Assembly: GCA_001600695.1 (NCBI GenBank) | Contig: BCKQ01000002.1 | Location: forward strand, 2,360,151-2,424,150 | Direction: 5' to 3' | DNA: 64,000 nt | From: Ascoidea asiatica JCM 7603 | Taxonomy: Eukaryota; Fungi; Ascomycota | Shown: positions 32,278 through 43,346 of the stretch, in pieces | How the letters are laid out: every line of letters starts with the position of its first letter | Position numbering within the stretch: position 1 is the stretch's first letter | Position numbers and translations under genes: made by a program | Notes under the pieces: generated by a model | Seen by the model: only the letters and a program-made list of their open reading frames with translations | Told to the model about the DNA's origin: nothing | The model's database searches: none

Positions 32278-33786
32278 ATGGATTCAAAAATAGCCAAGCC
32301 TGCAAAAGCCAATTTCATCACTGATTTTATCAAAGAAAGTAATTCTATCAAAGTCGTTGATCTTGATAATGAGATTGAAGTTATTGATTTAACTGATTTT
32401 GAAGAAATTGCTGCTGTTAATAAGAAAAGAAAAAGATCAAATTTAGAAAAAATAAAAGAACGAAAAACAATACCAAAAAAGTCAAGGAGAGAAACTGATA
32501 AAAAAAAGAGAGACCCTGTAATTTTAGTTCCAAATACTCCATTGGAAAAATATAGAAAATTAACAAAATATGATCTATTGAATGAAATCAATGTAAAAAC
32601 TCATTCCTTAGATGATATTATAAAATTAGGAGATATAAATTTAACTGAATTGTTATTGATATACTTTAATTTCAATGTGAAGTCTGCTGCTGAAAAATAT
32701 AATAATTACAAAAAACGTTGGAAAAATAGTGATATAATTGATCTTAATTCATTTCTAGTAAAATATGGATTAGTCTCCAAAAATTCTGATATAAATAAAG
32801 AAAAAAATTCAATTACTAATAATAATATAACTAATAATAAGCTAATTAGTAGTATTGATGATGTAAGTTGTTTAGGCGAACTAAACCGGTGCACACTTTG
32901 CTGGGAAACATATGATAATTATAATGAAGAATTTGTTTCTCTTTCTTGTGGTCATAAATATTGTTTTATTTGCTATTCAACTTATATTATAACTCAATTT
33001 AGTAGTAATATGAATCCTATTACTAATAAAAAATTAGTATGTATTGACCCAAATTGTAAATTAAACTTTAATAAATCTCAAATCATTCAATTACTCAAAA
33101 AACAAAAAAATAGATTGACTAAAAGACTCAGAGAAATTATTAATGAAACTTTTGATGATAAATTAATTGAAGCATATATTTCATCTTTGGATAGAGATAT
33201 AAAACCATGTCCATCTCCAGATTGTGAATTATTCATAGAATATTATGATTATAAATCAATAATAGCGAAAGATGATGCAAAGCAACGTGAGAAAATAAAG
33301 GAAAATACAATAACCTCAAATGATGTAGAAAAAACTACTGCCACTACAATTGATAAAATAAATGATAAGAGTAATACTAATATTCCTGATAAATCAAATG
33401 AGATAATGAATAATACTAATAATTCAGAAGAAAATAAGTATATTGTCAAATGTTTAAATCATCATCAATTTTGTTTTAACTGTGGAGAATTATCAACAAT
33501 TTCAAATAAAGAAAATTCAATATGTTGTTCTTTAGGTCTTTTAGATTACTTAAAATCAATACATTATAAACTATCAAAATGTAAAGTATGTCCATCTTGT
33601 AAAAAAACTATTGAAAAAAATTTGGGTTGTGATCATATGAGGTGTGTATGTGGTAAAGATTTTTCATGGTCAATGGCAAAATCTTTTGAAATTCCTGAGG
33701 AAATGAAAATAATTTACAAAGAAAAATTGAAAGATATCATTGGAGCTGATTATTTAGATCATACAGCTGATTTTATTCCTTTTTAA
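32278..33786 (+). CDS. RBR (RING1-IBR-RING2) E3 ubiquitin ligase, Ariadne/Hel1-like, divergent
   Basis: CTLC..CGHKYCFIC..CIDPNC; CPSPDC..CLNHHQFCFNC; CPSCKKTIEKNLGCDHMRCVC. First ATG at 32278. Confidence 0.85.
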   Translation: MDSKIAKPAKANFITDFIKESNSIKVVDLDNEIEVIDLTDFEEIAAVNKKRKRSNLEKIKERKTIPKKSRRETDKKKRDPVILVPNTPLEKYRKLTKYDLLNEINVKTHSLDDIIKLGDINLTELLLIYFNFNVKSAAEKYNNYKKRWKNSDIIDLNSFLVKYGLVSKNSDINKEKNSITNNNITNNKLISSIDDVSCLGELNRCTLCWETYDNYNEEFVSLSCGHKYCFICYSTYIITQFSSNMNPITNKKLVCIDPNCKLNFNKSQIIQLLKKQKNRLTKRLREIINETFDDKLIEAYISSLDRDIKPCPSPDCELFIEYYDYKSIIAKDDAKQREKIKENTITSNDVEKTTATTIDKINDKSNTNIPDKSNEIMNNTNNSEENKYIVKCLNHHQFCFNCGELSTISNKENSICCSLGLLDYLKSIHYKLSKCKVCPSCKKTIEKNLGCDHMRCVCGKDFSWSMAKSFEIPEEMKIIYKEKLKDIIGADYLDHTADFIPF

Positions 33787-34181
33787 TCTTCTATTTATTG
33801 AAATTTAAGAATGGAACAGGAAATATTTGTATGTGGTTGCCTTATTTTATTTAAGAGTGAAATAATATAATATAAAGTAAAGGTTGAAAGATCAAAAGAA
33901 TAAAGTGGAAATTATGGAGAATATCATAATTGGGGATAAAACTTTATTAATTGTTACTTTCTGCGATTTTTTTTTTGAATCTTATTAAAAAAGTAATTGG
34001 ATTAATTTGATAAGAGGGTGAATTAATTGAGTAGGTGAATAGAGATATTATTGAATATGGTGTAGAATATAGATAAAAGTTGAAAAAACAGGAGAAAAAT
34101 AGAATTAAAAAATGCAAAAATTGAAAGAAAAAAAGAAAAGTTTTGAATATTATTAAGTAGGAAGAAGGAAAAAATGGTTAT

Positions 34182-35927
34182 TTATTTTTTCTCTAAATCA
34201 ACTTCATTTGAAGATTTAATTTCTTTTTTATGAATAAAAGTTTCAATAATTAAGATTATTGAAGTTATTACACCTAAAGAGGCTAAACCAACACCTGAAT
34301 ACATTCCAGCTCTATAACCATCTAATTGAGATTTATTTTTATTATTTTTTAAATAGTAAGTTTCTGCAGTACCTGCAACACCTAAAAATAATGAAGTTGA
34401 ATAACTTACAATTGTAGAAACTAAAGAACCAGCCATACCTTGATGTTTTTTTGGTAATTTATTTGAAAGAAAAATTGCACAAGATGGAAAACTCATATCC
34501 ATACCAAAAGAAATTATAATTAATTGTGGAAACATCATTTTCCAATATGATTGATGAACTGGAGTCCAAGCTAATAAAGTAATACCAATTAAAAAAGCGC
34601 ACATTGAGATAAAAATTAAAATTGAAGGATCAAAAATTCCAATTAAGAAACCGACTAAAATTGCAGCAAGAATTCCAAAAAATATAAATGGTAAACAACT
34701 AAAACCACCTTGAATTGGAGTAAAATGTTTTTCATTTAAAACAAAAGACCAATAATAATAAAGATAAATACCAAAAGAACCCCAACCAAAAGCTACACAA
34801 AATAAAATTAAAGAAGTTTTTAAATTTAAAATATCATTTGGTATTAAAGGATAAATTGAATATTTAATTTCATAAATGAAAAAAGAAATTAAAGATAATA
34901 AAGAAATTATTAATAAAATTATAATATATGGATTATCCCAACCTGCAACAGGAGCTTGATTCCAAGAAAAATTTAATAAAAGTAAACCAATTACACCTAA
35001 AAGTGAACCAATTAAATCTAATTTTTGAAAATCAGATAAGATTATTGAGACAGCATTTGAAGCTCTTGTTGAAACTCTTGATAAAGTTTTTAATAATTGA
35101 TTATCATTGTTGTTGGTATTTGTATCGGTATTAGTATTGGTTGGATTAGTATTATCATTATCATTATCAATATCATTATCATCTATAGGAGGAGTATAAT
35201 GGTGAATATCGTTTGAAATTGAAGAATCTTGATCATTATTGTTATTTTGTTCTAATGGAGAATTATTTTTTGATTGAATGATAGAAGAATTTGAATTAAT
35301 ATTTGGTAAGAAAAAAATGGAAAGAATTGCGACAATAAAAGCAATAATTGAAAAAATATAAAAAGCTAAAGACCATTTATATAATTGACCAATTACTGGA
35401 GACATAAGAAAACCCATATAAGCACCAATTGGAGCAAATAAAGCAAAAATTGCAAAAATTAAATTTTTTCTTAAAGTACCATTTTTATAAATTAAACCTA
35501 ATAAACCTAAACCACATGGCATTGATAATGAACAACCAATACCTTGAAAAGATCTTGAGACTATGAAAAAAATAGAATTTTTTGAATAAAATGATAAACC
35601 TGTAATTAAAGACCATAAAGAAGATAAAAAACAACCGATGATAAAAATTTTTTTAAGACCAAAAATATCACCAAATCTTCCAGATATTAATATAAAAGTA
35701 CCAACAGTTAATGGATATGAAGCCATAAACCAAACTTTTTCACCAGAACTTACATTTGAAAAAGAATTAGAATTATTATTAAAAGAATCAGAAATTATAT
35801 TCATTATTGGTAAAGTTTGAGTTGTACCAGATTGAGTTAATAATTGACTCATACATATTAATATAACAACTAAAATTTCATGAATTGTTGAATTGAATAC
35901 TTTTGGTCTTTCACCAAAATCTACCAT
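34182..35927 (-). CDS. DHA2-family MFS drug/H+ antiporter (Atr1-like)
   Basis: WFMASYPLTVGTFILISGRFGDIFGLKK, WNQAPVAGW, FGWGSFGI, FGMDMSFP, HQGMAGSLVST. Confidence 0.9.
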   Translation of the reverse strand: MVDFGERPKVFNSTIHEILVVILICMSQLLTQSGTTQTLPIMNIISDSFNNNSNSFSNVSSGEKVWFMASYPLTVGTFILISGRFGDIFGLKKIFIIGCFLSSLWSLITGLSFYSKNSIFFIVSRSFQGIGCSLSMPCGLGLLGLIYKNGTLRKNLIFAIFALFAPIGAYMGFLMSPVIGQLYKWSLAFYIFSIIAFIVAILSIFFLPNINSNSSIIQSKNNSPLEQNNNNDQDSSISNDIHHYTPPIDDNDIDNDNDNTNPTNTNTDTNTNNNDNQLLKTLSRVSTRASNAVSIILSDFQKLDLIGSLLGVIGLLLLNFSWNQAPVAGWDNPYIIILLIISLLSLISFFIYEIKYSIYPLIPNDILNLKTSLILFCVAFGWGSFGIYLYYYWSFVLNEKHFTPIQGGFSCLPFIFFGILAAILVGFLIGIFDPSILIFISMCAFLIGITLLAWTPVHQSYWKMMFPQLIIISFGMDMSFPSCAIFLSNKLPKKHQGMAGSLVSTIVSYSTSLFLGVAGTAETYYLKNNKNKSQLDGYRAGMYSGVGLASLGVITSIILIIETFIHKKEIKSSNEVDLEKK

Positions 35928-35939
35928 TTTTGTTTAAAG

Positions 35940-35941
<2 letters not shown>

Positions 35942-35982
<41 letters not shown>
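35942..35982. repeat. (AT)20 microsatellite 15 bp upstream of the ATR1-like start codon
   Basis: atatatata... run. Confidence 0.95.
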
Positions 35983-35986
<4 letters not shown>

Positions 35987-37183
35987 ACCAGAAATGATAA
36001 TAATTACTAATAATTATTGATTATTATAATATTAAATTATGATATAATATAGTATAGTATAGAATATTATAGTATAAGAGAGAAAGAAAGTGAAATGAAT
36101 TCAAATTAAATCATTTTTTTGATTAAATTGAATAGATATCTACTATAATAAATATTTAAACGCCGAAGAAGTTAAGCACTGATTGATTGAATATTAGTAA
36201 AGATTTGTAAAAGAATTAAAAGAAAATAAAAAACAGACAAATCTTTGAAGGGTTTAAAAATTACTTTTCAATCGATTTCAAATCCAATTTTTATTTTTAT
36301 TTTTGAATCACCGACTGAAAGTGAATTTGAAAGTGAATTTGAAAAATAAAACAAAAATTTGAGATGCAAAAAAAAGACACTCGGGTAAATCAAACCCCAA
36401 AGGAAAAAAGAAGAGACAAAGGCCTAGTTTCTCAAGGGATTTAACGTGGTTTAAACTAACTATTAAAAGTAGTATAATATACAGATAATCTACTTTTAGT
36501 TATACAATATATCTTATATTCACAGGGAAAGCAGCAGACAAAAGTCATTTAACCGGAGTGTGGGAGGAATTCCGGGAAAGTAGCATCGGAATGTGGGGAT
36601 TCTATGTCTTTATTGGGTAATTAAAGCTAAGTTTAAATATGCAAATGCACGTGGAAATTTAGCAGCCCTCGTATTTTGTGTTAGGTTTTTATTTCCTTTT
36701 ATGGAAACTGTTAGCGGACCGTTACCCTGCTTGATGTATGTGGCTGTGTGGCAAAGTAAATAATGGCGGGTGCAATGGCTAGTGATCTTTGTTGTGGCTG
36801 GTTATTATTTGTGGCTTGTGCTGCATTTAGTGTTTGTGTTTCCAGTGAATTTTTAAGAAATCAGCAAAAAAAAAACGTTTTTCTTTCTGCAGCAGAAACC
36901 ACCAAAAACAGTTTCAATTAAATCTTGGTTGCTGATGGGAATTTTGGTTCTTTGTTTATAACAAGAGAGATTCTAAAAAAATGAATTTAAAAATGAATTA
37001 TAAATTATCTTCATTCACTCTTTATAATAAATATCAATATCAATATCCATATCAATATCAATATATTTGCAAATTCAAATATATTAGTTCAAATTGCTTT
37101 CAATATTAAATTAAATTTATTCAAATATCTAGGTTATCCAATATATTCAAATAAATTATTCACATAAGTAATATTATAAAAAA

Positions 37184-37978
37184 ATGAATTTCTCATTTTC
37201 AAATATGCCTTCTATGCCTTCTATGCGCTCAATGCCATCAATGCCATCGATACCTTCAATGCCTTCAATGCCACGAATATCTGCTTCATCATCATCACCA
37301 CCAAATATCTATAGAATGCCACGCTTACAGCCAAATTATTATTCTGCTTATGGTTATCCAAGAAGAGATAATGATTCAAATTTATCTGAAACTCAAATTA
37401 ATAAAATTCGTTCTGCTTATCCTGATTTTGATCCAAGTTTATTACATTTAGGTACTTCTTTTTTTTTTGAAATGGAAACTTATTTAAATAAAGAAGATAA
37501 TTTTATTAATAATGAAACAAATTATAAAAATTTACCTCCACCAAAAAGAACCAAATTAAATTTTTTTTATTATTATCCAAATTTATCTCCATATAATTTA
37601 ATTCCATTAAAAGATAAAAAATATAATGAAGAATTTATTAATAATTTTTATTATAATAATAAAAGATCTGTAACATTAAATCATTTAGAATCTTATAGAA
37701 TTATTGGTAATGTAATTAAAGTTGTTTATCCTTTTAATAATCTTATTTATACAATTTTTAGATCAAGTAATCCAGTTCCAATTAAAGTAACCCTTGATTT
37801 ATTTGATAATTTAGGTTTAAGAGCTTTAATTACTACTGAAAATTTAATTGAATCTTCAAATAATTTTATATTTAATCAACTTTTAAACTTATCTTCAACT
37901 GAAGCTAAAACTGAAACTAAAACAGAAACCAAAATGGAAACTCCAACTGAAACTTCAAAAACAAATGAAAGCAAATAA
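37184..37978 (+). CDS. Hypothetical protein with N-terminal (MPS)n repeat, paralogue of 5500-6072
   Basis: AAAAATG start; blocks shared with 5500-6072; C-terminal (TETK)n repeat. Confidence 0.72.
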   Translation: MNFSFSNMPSMPSMRSMPSMPSIPSMPSMPRISASSSSPPNIYRMPRLQPNYYSAYGYPRRDNDSNLSETQINKIRSAYPDFDPSLLHLGTSFFFEMETYLNKEDNFINNETNYKNLPPPKRTKLNFFYYYPNLSPYNLIPLKDKKYNEEFINNFYYNNKRSVTLNHLESYRIIGNVIKVVYPFNNLIYTIFRSSNPVPIKVTLDLFDNLGLRALITTENLIESSNNFIFNQLLNLSSTEAKTETKTETKMETPTETSKTNESK

Positions 37979-38429
37979 TTCACAATTAATTTAGTATTCT
38001 TTTATATTAGTAGTCTAATATAAAAGTCATTTTAATCTCTTTATATCTTTAGTTTCTTCTATAATACACATTTAATTACTTATATGAATAATCACAATAT
38101 TAATTTATATTTTATATCCGATTTAAAATAACCGATAGCCTATCATAATTTAGTTTGTCCGACACCCGAAACTTTAAAATAAAAAGTACCAAATAAGTGG
38201 TCTCTTTATAGTCACGAAACATTACGTAATAACAACATTCTTTATATTCTGGACCATTTTTTTGTTTATTTTCAAATGGCAAAAAAAGGTTTAAATTTAT
38301 TTTAAAAATTCCAATTCAAAAGATCAGTCAATCAATTACTTTAATTCATTCATTCATTTTATTTGTAATTCAATTCAATTCAATTCAATTGCAATATATT
38401 ATAACATTTTGTACATTCTTCTTCTTAAT

Positions 38430-41312
38430 ATGTATGAAGATGATGAAGTCATTTATATAAGTGAAGATTCCGATTTGGAATCTAAATCTGATTCTCCAAT
38501 GGATTCAAATTCAAATGACATAAATAATGAAATAAATGATGAAAGTCATATATTATTGAAATTAATCAATAATTCATCAATTTCAAATGATATTATCATA
38601 AATTCAATCTTAAATCAATTACCCTTTCAAACTTTATTACAATTTTCTTTATCAAATAATTTAAATTTATCTAAATTTTCTTCAAATTTATTATTTAATC
38701 AAATTTTTATAAGTAATGAATTTAATAATTCATTTAAATCTAATTCAATTTATAATTCAATTTATAATAAAATTAATCAATTAGATTATTTTATAAAATT
38801 TAATCTTTTTGATATTATTAATTTATATGAAAAAAGTATTTCCAATACTAATAATAAAAATATTCTACTAAACTTAATATTTAATAATTGTTATAATTTA
38901 TTTTTTTTCTTAAATTCTCAATCTTTATTAAATAATAATATTATTGATGATAATTTGAATCTTAATTCTAATTTTAACTTTAAATATGGTTTCAAAAATT
39001 TATATTCTCTACAATTTATTTTTGTCTCAAATATAAATGAAAATTATATAGAAAATGAAAATGATGATAATAATGACAATGACAACAATATTCAAAATGA
39101 CAATGAGATTGATAATGAAGAAATAAAACTAGATCTAAATGAAGACATAGATGAAGATGAAGAAGAAAATGAAAATGAAAATGAAGTGGAATATAATAAT
39201 GATAAACCTGAAAATCATTTAGATCAATTCATTTTATCTAATTTCTTTGATATCTCAAAAGATAAAAACAAAAACATATTTGAAAACTTAAATTACTTAC
39301 AAATTGATAATATTGATAAAAATTATTTAAAATTATCAATTATAGATTTCTCATTTTTAAATAATTTAAATTCAAATAAAATTACAATTTTATTAATAAA
39401 TAATACAAATATTTATAAATTCAATTTAAATTTTGAAAATTTCATAAATTTATCTTTTCTAGATCTATCAAATAATTTAATTAAAAAAATTCCAAAAGAT
39501 TTAAACACTTTAATAAATTTAAATCAATTAAATCTCTCATTTAATAAAATTCATAATTTCAACAATTTTAATAATTTAATTAATCTAAACTCTTTATATC
39601 TCAATAATCAAAAAATTTTAAAAAATCAGAATTTTTTTATAAATGAAATTGAATTTAATAACTTAAAAAATTTAAATTCAATTTATATTAATAATAATTA
39701 TTCAGAGAAAGTTCAAAATACTTTTATAAATTTTGATAATGAATTGAATAAAAATTTAGATTTATTAAATTTATCAAATTCAAATTTCTTTAAAATTATT
39801 CAATTCTATGATTTGTTGAATTTAAAAAATTTATATTTAACAGATTGTAAATTTATCGAATTTCCAATAATTTTCAAAATTAATGAAATTAATAATTTGA
39901 AATTATTAGATTTATCTTGGAATAAGATTATTTCAATTGATAATATAATTAAAAATAATTTCTTATCTTTAGAAAATTTAAATCTATTAAATAATGATAT
40001 TAGAACTTTAAAGAATTCAAGTGAGGATAATGACGAAAATGAAAGTAATTTTGCTAATTTAAGTAATTTAAAAGTTTTGGATTTATCATATAATGAATTA
40101 AATAATATTGAAGAAATATTCATAAATAGAATAAGTTTAGATTCTAACATAAAAACCTCAAAAAATAATAAAAATTTACCTGAATTAAGTTCATTAGAAG
40201 TTTTGAAATTAGATAATAATAAAATCAGTTATGTCAATGGAAATTTCAATAAATTTTTAAAATTAAAAGAAATTGATTTAAGTAAAAATTACATTGAAAA
40301 GATTAATTTTTTTTTAAGTGATGATGAAAATGAAAATGATAATTATTTTAAAATCATTAAGAAATTTCCAAAAATATTTAAATCATGTTTTAAAGAAATT
40401 AATTTATCATTTAATAAATTAGGTAAAAAATTTGAAATTAATCAAAGTTTTTTAAATTTTAATAAATTGAATTTATCAAATAATTTTATAACATCATTTA
40501 ATATAATTATAAATAAAAAAGATTTATCATTGAATATTGAAGAAATTGATTTAAGTAATAACAATATAAAATTTGTTGAAGGTTTAAAAAATTTATCAAA
40601 TTGCTTAAAAGATTTAAATTTAAATTATAATCCATTAACAAGATTACCATATTTTGGAGATAATAAAATCAAAGATAATTATAAAAAATTAGATAAAATT
40701 TCTATAAAATTCAATAGAATTAAAGTTATAAATAAATTACCATTTTTTGGAAAAAATTTATTGAAAATTGAATTGAATTCAAATCCTATTGAATATTTTG
40801 ATTTTGAAGAAAATGAAAGTTTAATAAATGATATCAATGAATATAATGAATATAATGAAGTTAATGAATTCGGTGAAAAGAAAGTAATTGATATGGAAAT
40901 ACTTACGGCAAATTGGAATTTTTTAGAAAGTAATTTATATGGAGATATATTATATAGAATTGAGAATTTTTTCACATTGGATAGAAGTTTTGATGAATAT
41001 AATAAGAAGAAAAAGAAGAATAAGAAATGGAAGAATAAGAATAATGGTCATAGTCATGATCATGGTAGTGATATTGGAAATGAAAATGATATTGGAAATG
41101 ATGATGGAAATGATAATGGAGAAGAGAAAGATGAAATTCTTGAAAAGTACTTTAAGATTCAAAATAAGATAAAGAAAAATAATGAGAATAAAAAACGAAG
41201 GTTGAATGAGATTAGTGAGACAAGTGAGATAAATAAGATTAATGGGAATGAAGAAGAGAATGGTGAAATTGATATTAATATTAATGATAATGAGATTGAT
41301 CTTGAGATTTAA
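38430..41312 (+). CDS. Leucine-rich-repeat protein (SDS22-like repeats), possibly with a degenerate F-box
   Basis: Many LxxLxLSxNxI repeats (LSFLDLSNNLI, LNQLNLSFNKI, LKVLDLSYNEL, LKEIDLSKNYI); first ATG at 38430. Confidence 0.8.
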   Translation: MYEDDEVIYISEDSDLESKSDSPMDSNSNDINNEINDESHILLKLINNSSISNDIIINSILNQLPFQTLLQFSLSNNLNLSKFSSNLLFNQIFISNEFNNSFKSNSIYNSIYNKINQLDYFIKFNLFDIINLYEKSISNTNNKNILLNLIFNNCYNLFFFLNSQSLLNNNIIDDNLNLNSNFNFKYGFKNLYSLQFIFVSNINENYIENENDDNNDNDNNIQNDNEIDNEEIKLDLNEDIDEDEEENENENEVEYNNDKPENHLDQFILSNFFDISKDKNKNIFENLNYLQIDNIDKNYLKLSIIDFSFLNNLNSNKITILLINNTNIYKFNLNFENFINLSFLDLSNNLIKKIPKDLNTLINLNQLNLSFNKIHNFNNFNNLINLNSLYLNNQKILKNQNFFINEIEFNNLKNLNSIYINNNYSEKVQNTFINFDNELNKNLDLLNLSNSNFFKIIQFYDLLNLKNLYLTDCKFIEFPIIFKINEINNLKLLDLSWNKIISIDNIIKNNFLSLENLNLLNNDIRTLKNSSEDNDENESNFANLSNLKVLDLSYNELNNIEEIFINRISLDSNIKTSKNNKNLPELSSLEVLKLDNNKISYVNGNFNKFLKLKEIDLSKNYIEKINFFLSDDENENDNYFKIIKKFPKIFKSCFKEINLSFNKLGKKFEINQSFLNFNKLNLSNNFITSFNIIINKKDLSLNIEEIDLSNNNIKFVEGLKNLSNCLKDLNLNYNPLTRLPYFGDNKIKDNYKKLDKISIKFNRIKVINKLPFFGKNLLKIELNSNPIEYFDFEENESLINDINEYNEYNEVNEFGEKKVIDMEILTANWNFLESNLYGDILYRIENFFTLDRSFDEYNKKKKKNKKWKNKNNGHSHDHGSDIGNENDIGNDDGNDNGEEKDEILEKYFKIQNKIKKNNENKKRRLNEISETSEINKINGNEEENGEIDININDNEIDLEI

Positions 41313-41364
41313 TGATATAATATGTATTCAATGTATATAATGTATAAGAGGTATATATACTGTA

Positions 41365-42201
41365 TTAGTATTTTATTGGATAATCTAAGTTATTATTGGA
41401 TATAATATCATTTATAATCAATTGAATATCATTGAAATTATTAAATTGAATAAAATTAGTAAATTTTTGTAAAATACAATATCTAATTAAATCATTTTTT
41501 GATTTTGCAAATAATAAATTAGTTTCCTTTGCAGCACTTACATCAGATACACCATCACCACAATAAAAATAAAAGAATTTATCATTATTTGATTTAGATA
41601 GATTTTTATCAACTTCAGAAATTATTTCTTTAATACAAATTGATTTATCATGACCAAAAGAAGAAGAATCTCTATAACTAATAGACCAAAATGGAGGATT
41701 AGAACCAAGGATATTTACATTATTTGAAATTATTGGAATTTTATAATTATTTAAATTTAAAAAAGATTTAATTTCATTTGATAAGTTTGTTGAAATTAAA
41801 TTTTCAATTATTGGTTTCATTCCAGAACTTACAATAATTAATAAAATTTTATTATTAATTAAGAATTTTAAAAAATTTTCAAAATAATTATCAAATTTAA
41901 TATTTTGTTTGAGATAATCTATACAATAATTATAATTTTTTAAAATTGCAACTGAATCCATTTCTTTTTTAAAACCATCTCTGAAAGATACTTTTTCAAA
42001 TAAAATTTCTTCACCAATTTCCTTACGTAATTTTTGACCCATACCTAAATTATCAGTAAGATAATCATTTGAATCTAATTGAGTGATAGTACCATCGAAA
42101 TCAGAAAATACAATTGAATTATAAGATTTAATGAAATCTGGAGATGATAAATTAATATCATATTCTGATTTTATCTCTTGAATAATATTTGTATAAGTCA
42201 T
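41365..42201 (-). CDS. HAD-superfamily phosphatase (YNL010W/Pyp1, MtnX-like)
   Basis: VFSDFDGTITQLDSNDYLTDNLGMG, VSSGM, SSFGHDKS, YCGDGVSDVSAAKETNLLFAK. Confidence 0.9.
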   Translation of the reverse strand: MTYTNIIQEIKSEYDINLSSPDFIKSYNSIVFSDFDGTITQLDSNDYLTDNLGMGQKLRKEIGEEILFEKVSFRDGFKKEMDSVAILKNYNYCIDYLKQNIKFDNYFENFLKFLINNKILLIIVSSGMKPIIENLISTNLSNEIKSFLNLNNYKIPIISNNVNILGSNPPFWSISYRDSSSFGHDKSICIKEIISEVDKNLSKSNNDKFFYFYCGDGVSDVSAAKETNLLFAKSKNDLIRYCILQKFTNFIQFNNFNDIQLIINDIISNNNLDYPIKY

Positions 42202-42407
42202 TTTAGATCAGTAGTTAATTCTTTGTTCTTTGAAGGAATTAAATTATCTAAGGAGGATAAGATTAGTGATTTATAAGTTATTTATCAATTACCAAATCAA
42301 TTATCTATAAATCATTTACAAATCAATCAATCAATCAATCAGCAATTATCAACTATTCACCAGTGTTATTCATTAACCATTAATCATTTATTCATAAACC
42401 ATAAAAC

Positions 42408-42731
42408 TATTCTTTCATCGAAGTTCTGTGTGCATCTCGAATGTACTGGAATTTTCGTGTTTGTTCTTAAAATGACGTAGTGTCTTCTAGAACAATACTT
42501 TATTTTATTTCTTTTCTTAAGTATGGGAAGTGAACTTTCACATACTAAATATACAAATTTATTCTTAAGATGGGTTACCCGCTCCTATTTTCCACTAATA
42601 TAAATAGGGCACTTACCTCCCATATTTTTTATATAATTTTTATATATTTTATATTTTAATTAACAATTGTTTATAATTTGAATTAGATATCTTCTTAGTA
42701 ATAATTAGATATTTCGTTCGAACTACAATCA
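42408..42731 (+). mobile_element. Truncated copy of the same LTR (324 bp)
   Basis: Reverse complement of 22745-23068 with roughly 10 differences; ends ...ACAATCA; lies in the PYP1-like/FRS1 divergent promoter. Confidence 0.88.
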
Positions 42732-43346
42732 TCGACGTCATTCCGGGCACGGAAATTAAAAGTAAATACAAAATTTTAGAAACAAACTGCGGATTATGTC
42801 ATCCGTTTATATAACCATCATAACGGGTCTAATGTATAGTGATGTATTTTTTACCTTCAAATACGTTCCGTGATCTTTACCATGGATTTGTTTCCATATT
42901 ACGTAACACGGACTATAAGATCCATACCTATGGGACTAATGCAAGTGGACTTTGGTCCTACAGCTTTGAACAGTAACTCGATTTCTTGTATTTCCGCTAA
43001 AAACCGCGTTCAAAACCCAGTTGCTTGCTCACGTGCCTCTGACTAATAATCTGAATAATTTTTCAGTTGCCAGGCCCAGTCCAAACAAATTCGCTTGTTC
43101 TTAATTTATTTACTCATTTATTTATTCTTTGATTATTTTATGAACTGAAAAATATACACCTGCCAGACAAACAGATAGATATATTTCAAAAAAAAAAAGA
43201 CATTTATTCATTGTCATTACTATCTTCAGTGATAAATATTTCAGAAATATAAATACAAATCAATTCAGTTATTATACATATCCTTTTACTTCTCATTAAT
43301 TTCATTTTCAATTTCACTTTCACTTTCAATTTCTTTATATTAAAAA

